Assembly: GCA_051251855.1 (NCBI GenBank)
Contig: JBPOGI010000001.1
Span: forward strand, 320,001-384,000
Direction: 5' to 3'
DNA: 64,000 nucleotides
Source: Roseibacillus sp.
GTDB taxonomy: Bacteria; Verrucomicrobiota; Verrucomicrobiia; Verrucomicrobiales; Akkermansiaceae
In this document: piece by piece, positions 29,975 through 38,530 of the stretch
How positions within the stretch are numbered: the stretch's first letter is position 1
Layout of the letters: each line of letters starts with the position of its first letter
Notes under the pieces: model-generated
Database searches by the model: none
The model's input: the letters and a program-made list of their open reading frames with translations, nothing else
What the model was told of the DNA's origin: nothing
Made by a program: the position numbers and the translations under genes

Positions 29975-30189
29975 GGGCTATTTGGAGTCGAAGTCGGTTC
30001 TTGTGCAGAGAGTTTCTATGTCTCTGCAGGCTAGGCCTGCAGTTAGGTTGCGGAGTGCCCAAGGATGTGCGACTTGAGTGAGATTTTGCTATGCCTGAGA
30101 GGGTGGTGAATGACCCGAGGGCTGTTTGAGGCTCAATTTTGAAATTTTCCCCTCCCTTTGCACGTTTCTCTCGGTTCAAATTTAGCCTC

Positions 30190-31245
30190 ATGATCAAATC
30201 GCTCTGCTGCCTCGCTCTTTTCTCCACCATCTTCTCGTCGCTAGCTTGGGCTCAGGAAAAAGAAAGTCGGCGGCCCATCACAATTCGGGCCGTGGAGGGG
30301 CTGCAATTCGATCCTCCCCGCACGAAGATGGACCCAGGCCAGACGGTGCGTTTTCGGATTCTGAATCGTGATCCGAGTGATCTGGTTCACAATCTGGTCC
30401 TGATTAAGCCTGGCTCTCTTACCGAGATTCAACAAGCGTCGCTCCAAGTCGACCAGGCCGCCATTGACCGCAATTACATTCCCGATCACCAGGCAGTCTT
30501 GAAGGCTACCAAACTTCTCAAGACTGACGAGGGAGACGACTTTCTCTTCACCGCTCCGGAGGAACCCGGCATCTACCACTACATCTGCACCTACCCCGGA
30601 CATGCGACCGTCATGTATGGCGCTCTTTACGTTGGTGAGAATTGGGGCAGCTTTGAGAGAGATTCTAATATTCCGGAGTTTGCTCGCGAGCGCGTCAAGC
30701 GGTTGAAAGAGGCGAAGAAGGCCATCCTACGTCCCACGGTGAAGAGATTCTTCGTTGAAGAAGTGGGGCCCGCAGCCATCGCCGTCGCTTTGGAGAATGA
30801 TCTCAACTACTGCTGGGACGCGGGCAATTGTCGTCTTCGCTTTGCTTGGTCAGGCGACTTTATCGACTTTGGGGACTATAGTCGCTCCAACGGCAATCGG
30901 CAGGTGAGGCCTAAGGGGAAGAAGTTTTGGAACGGGGAGGGGGGCGAACTTACTTACACTATTCAAACCGATGACCCGTCTCTCAAGCCGGACTTTAAGG
31001 GCTACCGACTCATCGATGGACAACCCGAGTTCACATACCTCCTAGGCGACCTCACTGTCACCGAGTTCATCACCGGAACCTCCGAGGGGCTCCTTTACGA
31101 GATTAAAATCACCGGCGCTCAAACACCGGTGAGAATCTACGCCAAAGGCAAGGTCACTTCAAATGTGGGCACGCGTGACGGCGATTACATTGTTGTCTCA
31201 GCTCAAGACTCTTCTCACATCCAACTCTTCATCCCGAACAAGTAA
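30190..31245 (+). CDS. Exported azurin/plastocyanin-type blue copper protein with an extra C-terminal domain
   Basis: Signal peptide; type-1 Cu ligands HNLVL...YICTYPGHATVM; C-terminal YCWDAGNCRLRFAWSGDF domain. Confidence 0.88.
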   Translation: MIKSLCCLALFSTIFSSLAWAQEKESRRPITIRAVEGLQFDPPRTKMDPGQTVRFRILNRDPSDLVHNLVLIKPGSLTEIQQASLQVDQAAIDRNYIPDHQAVLKATKLLKTDEGDDFLFTAPEEPGIYHYICTYPGHATVMYGALYVGENWGSFERDSNIPEFARERVKRLKEAKKAILRPTVKRFFVEEVGPAAIAVALENDLNYCWDAGNCRLRFAWSGDFIDFGDYSRSNGNRQVRPKGKKFWNGEGGELTYTIQTDDPSLKPDFKGYRLIDGQPEFTYLLGDLTVTEFITGTSEGLLYEIKITGAQTPVRIYAKGKVTSNVGTRDGDYIVVSAQDSSHIQLFIPNK

Positions 31246-31249
31246 CCGT

Positions 31250-33394
31250 ATGAAGAACATACTCACACTCCTTTCCTTCGCTTCCTTCTCTTTTCTTGCC
31301 GACGCTGCCAAGCATCCAGCCTTCGATGTGGAGTCCATTGCGCTGGAGGTGGGGAAGGACCCGCAAGTAGGCGGACTCGATATTCTTGCCGATGGCAAAA
31401 TTGCCGCGGTCTTTCATGATGGCGAACTCCGGCTCTATGATGCGGCGACAAAGACTTGGTCTGTTTTTGCCTCGGGCCTTCATGAACCTCTCGGCCTCGT
31501 TGCCGAGAATGAGAGCACCTTCGTGGTGATGCAGCGTCCCGAGCTGACCCGTATCTCCGACTCTGATGGCGATGGGGTGGCAGACCTTTACGAGACCATC
31601 TGCGACGACTTCGGGATGAGCGGTAACTACCATGAGTTCGCCTTCGGCCCTGTACGAGATGCTAATGGAGACTATTTCGTTTCGCTCAACGTGGCTTCAA
31701 ACGGAGCTTCCATCCGAGAAGAAATTCGTGGCGAATGGCTCGACCTCGGTCTTTCTCGGGAGGGCTTTTATGTTTCCGGCGAAGAATGGAAAGAAGGGGT
31801 GAAGAAGCAGGCGGGTCGCATGTATTCCCGCGTCCCCTATCGGGGTTGGGTCATCAAAGTTGACGGTGAAACTGGAGAGATGACTCCTTGGGCTTCTGGC
31901 GTTCGTTCGCCTAACGGGTTGGGGTTCGATGCCGAGGGCAAGCTCTTCGTCTCCGACAACCAAGGTGACTGGCTGGGCACGAGCAAGCTCCACCATATCG
32001 AGAAAGGAAAGTTCTATGGTCACCCCGCGAGTCTTCCTTGGACAGAAGGTTACGATGGTCCTGCTTCGGTCGATCTTGAGACGGCTGAGCTGGAAAAACT
32101 GCGCACTCCTGCCGCTGTCTGGTTCACCCAAAGCACGATGGCCAATTCTCCTACGCAGCCAATTCTCATCCCCGAAGGTTTTGGTCCTTTCGGTGGTCAG
32201 ATGCTTATCGGCGAGATGAATAAACCTCGCGTGATTCGTCTCATGTTAGAAGAGGTGAATGGAGTCACCCAAGGAGCCTGTGCTCCCTTCATCGACAACA
32301 ACGGGCTCGACATGGGAGTCAATCGTTTGGCCTTTGCTTCCGATGGAAGCCTTGTTCTTGGTCACTCCCACCTTTCCTGGCCTGGTGGGGAAGGGATGTC
32401 TCGCATCACATTTCATGGCAAAGAGTCTTTCCAAGAAGTCAAAGACATCAAGATTACTCCTGATGGTTTTCTCGTCGAATTTCTTGAGAAGATTCCTGAC
32501 CCTGCTGCTCTCGCTGAGGTCACACTCGACCGCTATACCTTTGACTACCACGTTTCCTACGGCTCTAAGCAAATTGACAAGGAAGCGGTTGCCCTTGAAT
32601 GGAGTGCTCGCGGAGATGCAGGGACAACCTTCGAAGTGACCCTTGAGAAGCCTCACCGAAAAGACTTTTGCTATGAGTTCCAGTTCCCGATGTCCCTCAA
32701 TCCGCTGCTCTGTTACACCGTTCGCGAGATTCCTAACAAGGGGAACAAGGCTTCCAAGGAAACCGTGGGGGAGAGTTACCAATGGGTGGACCTATTGGCG
32801 GGAGATAGCTTGGAGCTCTGGCGCAATGGTTCGAAACACAACTACCATAAAGTTACTGAGGTTGGTGAACAGTGGTCTCTTAAGGACGGCGTTCTCTCTC
32901 TCGACAAAAGCAAGGAGGGTCGAGGGGGGCATCTCATTACCAAGGATGACAGCTACTTCGACTTTGAATTCAAGTTCGAGTTCATGATCAGTGAAGAGGG
33001 AAATAGTGGAGTCAAATATCGGGTCAATAAAGAGACGGTGGGACTTGAGTATCAGGTCTACGACGATGCTATTTCCAAGGTGACCAAAAATAGCCTCGCC
33101 TCGCTCTATAACCTCAAGGCGGCCTCAGCGAAAAAGCAGGCTAAGACGCCTGGTAAAGAGTGGAACACAGGACGCATCGTTGCCGTTGGCAATAGTTTGC
33201 AGCACTGGCTCAATGGAGACCTTGTGCTGGAGATAGAGTTCGACTCCGAAGAGTGGAAAGAAGCTTTCGCCAAGAGCAAATACAAAGAAGACCCCACCTT
33301 CGCTCGTTCTCCTGGTCCGATTCATCTGCAAGACCACGGCAGCGATGTTCAATTCCGCAACCTTCGTATCCGAAAGTTGATGGATACGGAATAG
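31250..33394 (+). CDS. Glucose/sorbosone-dehydrogenase-like beta-propeller fused to DUF1080 (3-keto-disaccharide hydrolase family)
   Basis: FASGLHEPLGL, DSDGDGVAD, GNYHEFAFGP, ASGVRSPNG, SDNQGDW; C-terminal GNSGVKY..LEYQVYDD, WN..RI, IHLQDHG..V.FRNLRI. Confidence 0.88.
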   Translation: MKNILTLLSFASFSFLADAAKHPAFDVESIALEVGKDPQVGGLDILADGKIAAVFHDGELRLYDAATKTWSVFASGLHEPLGLVAENESTFVVMQRPELTRISDSDGDGVADLYETICDDFGMSGNYHEFAFGPVRDANGDYFVSLNVASNGASIREEIRGEWLDLGLSREGFYVSGEEWKEGVKKQAGRMYSRVPYRGWVIKVDGETGEMTPWASGVRSPNGLGFDAEGKLFVSDNQGDWLGTSKLHHIEKGKFYGHPASLPWTEGYDGPASVDLETAELEKLRTPAAVWFTQSTMANSPTQPILIPEGFGPFGGQMLIGEMNKPRVIRLMLEEVNGVTQGACAPFIDNNGLDMGVNRLAFASDGSLVLGHSHLSWPGGEGMSRITFHGKESFQEVKDIKITPDGFLVEFLEKIPDPAALAEVTLDRYTFDYHVSYGSKQIDKEAVALEWSARGDAGTTFEVTLEKPHRKDFCYEFQFPMSLNPLLCYTVREIPNKGNKASKETVGESYQWVDLLAGDSLELWRNGSKHNYHKVTEVGEQWSLKDGVLSLDKSKEGRGGHLITKDDSYFDFEFKFEFMISEEGNSGVKYRVNKETVGLEYQVYDDAISKVTKNSLASLYNLKAASAKKQAKTPGKEWNTGRIVAVGNSLQHWLNGDLVLEIEFDSEEWKEAFAKSKYKEDPTFARSPGPIHLQDHGSDVQFRNLRIRKLMDTE

Positions 33395-33426
33395 GGCTGA
33401 TTGAAAGGAGCGTCGTCTTCAGTCCC

Positions 33427-33686
33427 ATGGCACTGTGTTAAACCGCCTAGTAGTGTCGAGGGCAAGGAAACGGGAGCGTGGTCTTTCCAAGCCGCCACCT
33501 TGTATTGCCGTCAGTTGAGGGTAGGCCTGTTCGTTCCCGAATCCGCTGTTCCTATGGGGATTCGTCGGCCCCCTTTTCTGAGCGAGAGCCTCCCCAGCGG
33601 CTTAAAAAGCCACTCTCCCGAGCCTGCGGTCACTGCCTTCGTAAGCTCCCGGTTTTTCGACTATCACAGTGCCATTCGACTTCAGT
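33427..33686 (-). repeat. Dispersed intergenic repeat, copy 2, containing an 11-bp inverted repeat pair (possible MITE-like relic)
   Basis: Shares two blocks with 8974-9097 in inverted orientation; ATGGCACTGTG (33427-33437) and CACAGTGCCAT (33665-33675). Confidence 0.75.
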
Positions 33687-33849
33687 TGTCGGGTTTTTCG
33701 TGGTTTGGAATTGTAGACGTGCGGGAGCCATACTCTCGCTATCCTCTGACGGCAGTACCGTCGAATACGGACCGTCTGCGGACGACTGAAATCAACCCTC
33801 CTGGGTCACCGAATATTTTCTCGATATACTCAATTAGCGGAATGAAGAG

Positions 33850-36800
33850 TTACTTGAGGGTCTGAATATAACTCACCAAGTCCACCATGTTTTGCTCGGG
33901 AAGATTCCCAAAGTGAGAGGGCATGAACGATTCGCCATTTACTGCGCTTTCCTTCAGAATCTGTTCCTTAGGTACAAAAAACTCGCCTCCTCCCATAAAG
34001 GCGAGAGTGACCCCGTATGCATTGCTCTTTCTCATGTAACCTTCGAGGACGTCCCCATTGGTTTTAATCACGCGGTAGATTCGGTAACCTGCTTCCATCG
34101 CCTCGTTAGGTTTCACAATCGCAGTCAATAGATGGCTGATATCTCGATTCGCAGAGCCATCAAGAGCGGGAGCGATGTCGAGTCCTTGGTCACCCACGGC
34201 ATGGCAAGTGAGACAAGTGGCGCCAAAGAGGCTTTGCCCCGCGGTAGGGTTTCCCTGAAGCCTCTCAACCGCAGCCAGATACTTCTGCAGGCGTTCATCG
34301 GCGGCGGAAGCTTCTGCCCGAGCCTTTGCTTGCGTCGCTGCACGTAACTTCTTGGCCATGGGATTCTTGGGAAAGCTCGTGGAGATTCTCTTTGCGGTAT
34401 TCACATTTACCTCACTGAGGCTGAGCAATTTTCTTTGCGCAAGAGTCAAGGCCATGGCCGACCCATAGTGAGATGAGGCGAGAGAGGTCGCGACGGATTC
34501 TCGCTCCTCCTTGGAGAGGGGAGTGACGAGTTTTTCCAAATGACTGGAGGCCTCCTTGGGAGCCACTCTCGAAAGCTGAGTGAGAGCCTGCAAGCGAATG
34601 GCCCGAGGGACTTCCTCGTTCTGACCGAGTAGTAGCAGAGTCGCTTGGTTTTCTTTCGGAGTGATGGCGAGGGCGTTCACCCATTGAGCTGAAATTTGGT
34701 TCAAAGGGAGTGCTTCAACTGTCTTACGAAGTTCGACTGCGAGGGCAGGCGAGTTGAATCTCAGGGCAGTCTCGATGGCGAGGTTGCGGTCTTCCGTCGC
34801 CGGAGAATTAAAGAGCTTTTTGAGACCCAGCTCCAATGCTTTGAGTAGAGTGGCAGACTGGAGTCTTGGTTGAACTTCTAAGGCGAGTTCGACGAATTCC
34901 TTGGTCTCGAATTGAGGGGCCAGTAAAGCAAAGACCTTGCGGTTACTTAGCTGACTCGAGATAGAGACGAGGCCGTCACCATCAAGTGTTTTGGGCCCTT
35001 CTTTCTCCCAATTATCGATAAAGAGCTGGGCAAGTTTGTCGCCCTCGAGGGCTTTGGAAGCCCAATCTAAATTTTCGGGAGGAAGGGATTTCGCTGCGGG
35101 AGAGCTAATAAAGGCCGCGAGTTCGGTCGGGTATTGCTCGAGGGCTTTGCGGGCGAGAAAACGTTGGAAATTGGGTTCGTAACCTTCGCCCCAGTTGTTG
35201 TTCTTTGCGGCAGGCACACACGCAGTAATGAGGAGCTGAATTGTGTCTGGGTTGGCTTCCCCAATTTCAGCTAAAGTGCGGAGGACTTGTTCTTTGACCA
35301 TGTAGTGAGGGTCATTAATGAGTGGGCTGACCAAAGAAACCACTTCTTCGATTCTGGGCTGAAAGGTAGCGAGTGAACGCACTGCTTCTCGCCTCAAGTC
35401 TGGATCTTTGTTCTGACTCAGGGCTTGGAGAGTTGTGAAGTCGTAGGCCCCGAGGCTTTCAAGGGACCACAAGGCCACCAGGCGAGTGGAGAGACTTTGC
35501 CTTTGGTCGAGCACGATTTTGTTGAGATCGGGAGCCAACTCTTGTGCTTGTCGGTCCGCTATCTGGTGCCAAGCAGTTCGCTTTTCCCATTGAATCTCGG
35601 AAGCGAGATGCTTGATGAGTTCGTTGTTAGGGGTCTTTGTTAGATTCGGAATAGGCCCCTGGGGTTGGCTCTGGTGGCGCACGCGCCAGATGCGGCCATG
35701 AGTTTTGTCGCGGTCCGGATGGGTGCGAGCGACTTCGTTGTGAGAAACAATCTTGTTGTACCAGTCGACGATATAGAGGCAGCCATCGGGCCCGAACTCC
35801 ATATTGACGGGTCGGAACCAATCGTCGGAACAGGAGAGGAAATCCTCAAGATGCTCGGAGATGACGCTGCCGTCAGGTTTGCGGTCGGCGATGACGCAGT
35901 TGATGGTGCTGGTGATAGGATTGGCTAGGAACCCAAGGTTCTTCCATTTCTTGGGGAAGCCTTTGCTACCGTTTTCGTCGTAGGCGAGGGCAGAGATTCC
36001 GGTGCCGCCCACCCGGAAGGTGTGGAAGACGGGTGGGATAGGCTGGTAATCGCGAAACTTATCATTTCCGATTCCCTTGTAGGTCATCATGGGGTGCATG
36101 GGAGTGAGGGACCAACCTAGGTCATTGGCCTCGGTACCATACCATTGTCCGTTCTCCTTGAGGTGAAATCCCCAAATGTTTTGGAGGCCACAGTTGAGAA
36201 CTTCCAGCCTTTCTCCATCGAGCGAGAAGCGTCCAATCTTACTGAAGTTGAAGGTTTCTTGCTGCCCCGATTTGACGGCGGTCACTTTTCCTTTGTTGAG
36301 AGCGCCGTGTGAGAAGTGCACCCAGCCGCCGGGACCCCGCACGAGGGTGTGGGACATGGTGTGGGTGTCGAAAAAGCCGAAACCGCTGAGAATGGTCTCA
36401 TGCTGATCGAATTTACCATCACGGTCGGTATCGTTGAGAAAGAGCATTTCCGACCCGTGGGCGACAAAGACCCCATCTTTGTAAGGCAAGATGCTCTGAG
36501 GAATCGCAAGTCCCTCCGCAAAGACTGGAATCTGACCCTGCACTTTTTGAGTAGGATCAGAAATCACCAGAATTTGGTCCTCACCTTTCTTATCGAGCTG
36601 ATAAAATTCCCGCACTGTCGAGAACTCCCTAGATTTGGCGTCGACTTTGGCCAGATCGTTGCGGCCCACCTTCTTTGGAAGAGGATCGAGGGGATACATG
36701 CGAGCGGTTTGGGTCCAGAGTCGCCCCGCGTCGTCGAAGGCCAAATCGATGGGGTTTACGAGACCATTTTCCTCGGAAGCGACTAACTCGACCACAAATC

Positions 36801-36942
36801 CGGGGGGAACTTTGAAGGTTTTGAGCTGTTCTTCCGCTGACAAAGCTTCTTTGCGCGCCGACTGAGTCTTCTTTTTTGGAGCAGCGAAGGCGGAATCGAC
36901 CAGGCAAGTGGAAGTCAGGAGGATGAGGGGAAGAAACTTCAT
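33850..36942 (-). CDS. PVC-type membrane-bound dehydrogenase-like protein: beta-propeller + HEAT repeats + C-terminal heme c (CxxCH)
   Basis: Signal peptide at the ATG at 36942; FKVPPGFVVELVASE, FRPVNMEFGPDGCLYIVDWY, HEAT-like repeats, CLTCH...IAPALDG, and a distal Met in SFMPS. Confidence 0.9.
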   Translation of the reverse strand: MKFLPLILLTSTCLVDSAFAAPKKKTQSARKEALSAEEQLKTFKVPPGFVVELVASEENGLVNPIDLAFDDAGRLWTQTARMYPLDPLPKKVGRNDLAKVDAKSREFSTVREFYQLDKKGEDQILVISDPTQKVQGQIPVFAEGLAIPQSILPYKDGVFVAHGSEMLFLNDTDRDGKFDQHETILSGFGFFDTHTMSHTLVRGPGGWVHFSHGALNKGKVTAVKSGQQETFNFSKIGRFSLDGERLEVLNCGLQNIWGFHLKENGQWYGTEANDLGWSLTPMHPMMTYKGIGNDKFRDYQPIPPVFHTFRVGGTGISALAYDENGSKGFPKKWKNLGFLANPITSTINCVIADRKPDGSVISEHLEDFLSCSDDWFRPVNMEFGPDGCLYIVDWYNKIVSHNEVARTHPDRDKTHGRIWRVRHQSQPQGPIPNLTKTPNNELIKHLASEIQWEKRTAWHQIADRQAQELAPDLNKIVLDQRQSLSTRLVALWSLESLGAYDFTTLQALSQNKDPDLRREAVRSLATFQPRIEEVVSLVSPLINDPHYMVKEQVLRTLAEIGEANPDTIQLLITACVPAAKNNNWGEGYEPNFQRFLARKALEQYPTELAAFISSPAAKSLPPENLDWASKALEGDKLAQLFIDNWEKEGPKTLDGDGLVSISSQLSNRKVFALLAPQFETKEFVELALEVQPRLQSATLLKALELGLKKLFNSPATEDRNLAIETALRFNSPALAVELRKTVEALPLNQISAQWVNALAITPKENQATLLLLGQNEEVPRAIRLQALTQLSRVAPKEASSHLEKLVTPLSKEERESVATSLASSHYGSAMALTLAQRKLLSLSEVNVNTAKRISTSFPKNPMAKKLRAATQAKARAEASAADERLQKYLAAVERLQGNPTAGQSLFGATCLTCHAVGDQGLDIAPALDGSANRDISHLLTAIVKPNEAMEAGYRIYRVIKTNGDVLEGYMRKSNAYGVTLAFMGGGEFFVPKEQILKESAVNGESFMPSHFGNLPEQNMVDLVSYIQTLK

Positions 36943-37163
36943 GAAATATTGCAGTAAGGAATAGTAGGCAGGATACGAAAAAATCGAGCTGAAATTTTGG
37001 ATAAATTGAGTTCTGAAGGGGCCGCTCGACGAAAAGTGTTTTGTCCGTGAGAGAACACACTTAAGACTATCAAAAACCCTCATTTTTCTTGGCCAGATGA
37101 GCTTGGTATTACGTTTTCCAGAGAGATAATTCCTTGTAGATTGGCGTAACAAGCAATCGTCTT

Positions 37164-38507
37164 ATGAAATTAGGTCTTCCACTCCTCCTCTTGCTCTTCT
37201 TTGCCCAGACAGTCAGCTCAGAGCAAAAGCCCAATTTTATCATCATCTATACCGATGACCTCGGCTATGGCGACCTGAGTTGCTACGGTGCCAAAGACAT
37301 CAGTACGCCAAACATCGACCAGATGGCGAAGGATGGAGTGAGGATGTTAGATTTCTATGCCACCAGTGCCTCCTGCACACCCTCTCGCGCGGCCTTGATG
37401 ACGGGCTGTTATCCTGGACGAGTGGGGTTGAACAATGTGCTGATGCCCGATAGCAAAGATAAGAAAACGGGGAAGGTCTTGGGTCTGAATCCAGAAGAAG
37501 TGACCATCGCTGAGGTTGTAAAGGCGCAGGGTTACGCAACGGCATGTATTGGCAAATGGCATCTAGGCGATGATGAGGTGTTCATGCCGAACAACCATGG
37601 CTTCGATTATTTCTTCGGCATTCCCTATAGTAATGACATGGTCCCACCGCGGTTTCCGGACCTACCCCTGATGAGGAATCGCGATGTGTTAGAGGTGAAT
37701 CCCAATCAGGATTTTCTCACCAAGCGTCTTACCGAAGAAGCGATGGCGTTCGTTGAGAAGAATCGGGAGAAGCCCTTTTTTCTCTATCTCGCTCATCCCA
37801 TGCCTCACCGGCCTTGTCATGCCTCGCCAGCATTCCTGAAACGATTCTCCGATAAACAATTGGAGAAAGACCTCACTACCGAAGACAAAGGGGGACGTGA
37901 TTTTCTCTACCCCGCGGCAGTCGAGGAGATCGACTGGAGCACGGGAGAAATTCTTAGGCAGCTCGAATCACTTGGCTTAGCAGAGAATACCCTTGTGATT
38001 TTCACTTCTGACAATGGTCCTATGACTGGTTCGGCAGGGAAGCTGCGAGGAAAGAAGGGCAGTGTCTACGAAGGGGGGCATCGGGTGCCCGCCATCATCC
38101 AGTGGAAGGGCTCTATTCCAGCGAATACCGTGACGAAGCAGCTGGTCACGGGAATGGATTTTCTGCCTACCTTTGCTCACCTCTCGGGTTACACCTTACC
38201 TGCGAGGCCCAAGATTGATGGAATGAATGTTGCCTCTTTCATCACCACCGAAGTCGACAAGACTCTTTTGGAGCGCACTTTCTTTTACAATCATGGCGGA
38301 GTTGCGGTGAGAGAGGGGAACTGGAAATTCATCAGAGGTAAGAGAGGCGGGCTTTACAACCTTGAGAGCGATATTTCAGAGAAGAACGATCTTAGAAAGG
38401 AGCATCCTGAAAAAGCGGAACGGCTCAATCAGTTGATAAACGATTTCCAAATCGAAATCAAAAAGGACACTCGGAAAGCGGGAAGTCTTCCCGTCTCAAA
38501 GCCTTAA
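37164..38507 (+). CDS. Exported arylsulfatase-family sulfatase
   Basis: KPNFIIIYTDDLGYGD, CTPSRAALMTG, IGKWHLG, FTSDNG, YEGGHRVP. Confidence 0.95.
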   Translation: MKLGLPLLLLLFFAQTVSSEQKPNFIIIYTDDLGYGDLSCYGAKDISTPNIDQMAKDGVRMLDFYATSASCTPSRAALMTGCYPGRVGLNNVLMPDSKDKKTGKVLGLNPEEVTIAEVVKAQGYATACIGKWHLGDDEVFMPNNHGFDYFFGIPYSNDMVPPRFPDLPLMRNRDVLEVNPNQDFLTKRLTEEAMAFVEKNREKPFFLYLAHPMPHRPCHASPAFLKRFSDKQLEKDLTTEDKGGRDFLYPAAVEEIDWSTGEILRQLESLGLAENTLVIFTSDNGPMTGSAGKLRGKKGSVYEGGHRVPAIIQWKGSIPANTVTKQLVTGMDFLPTFAHLSGYTLPARPKIDGMNVASFITTEVDKTLLERTFFYNHGGVAVREGNWKFIRGKRGGLYNLESDISEKNDLRKEHPEKAERLNQLINDFQIEIKKDTRKAGSLPVSKP

Positions 38508-38530
38508 GAACGGCAACGAACTGCGAGAGC

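Noticed and set aside
33401..33865. 154-aa and 103-aa ORFs in the intergenic region
   Set aside because: They run through the dispersed repeat, have weak starts and show no protein-like motifs.
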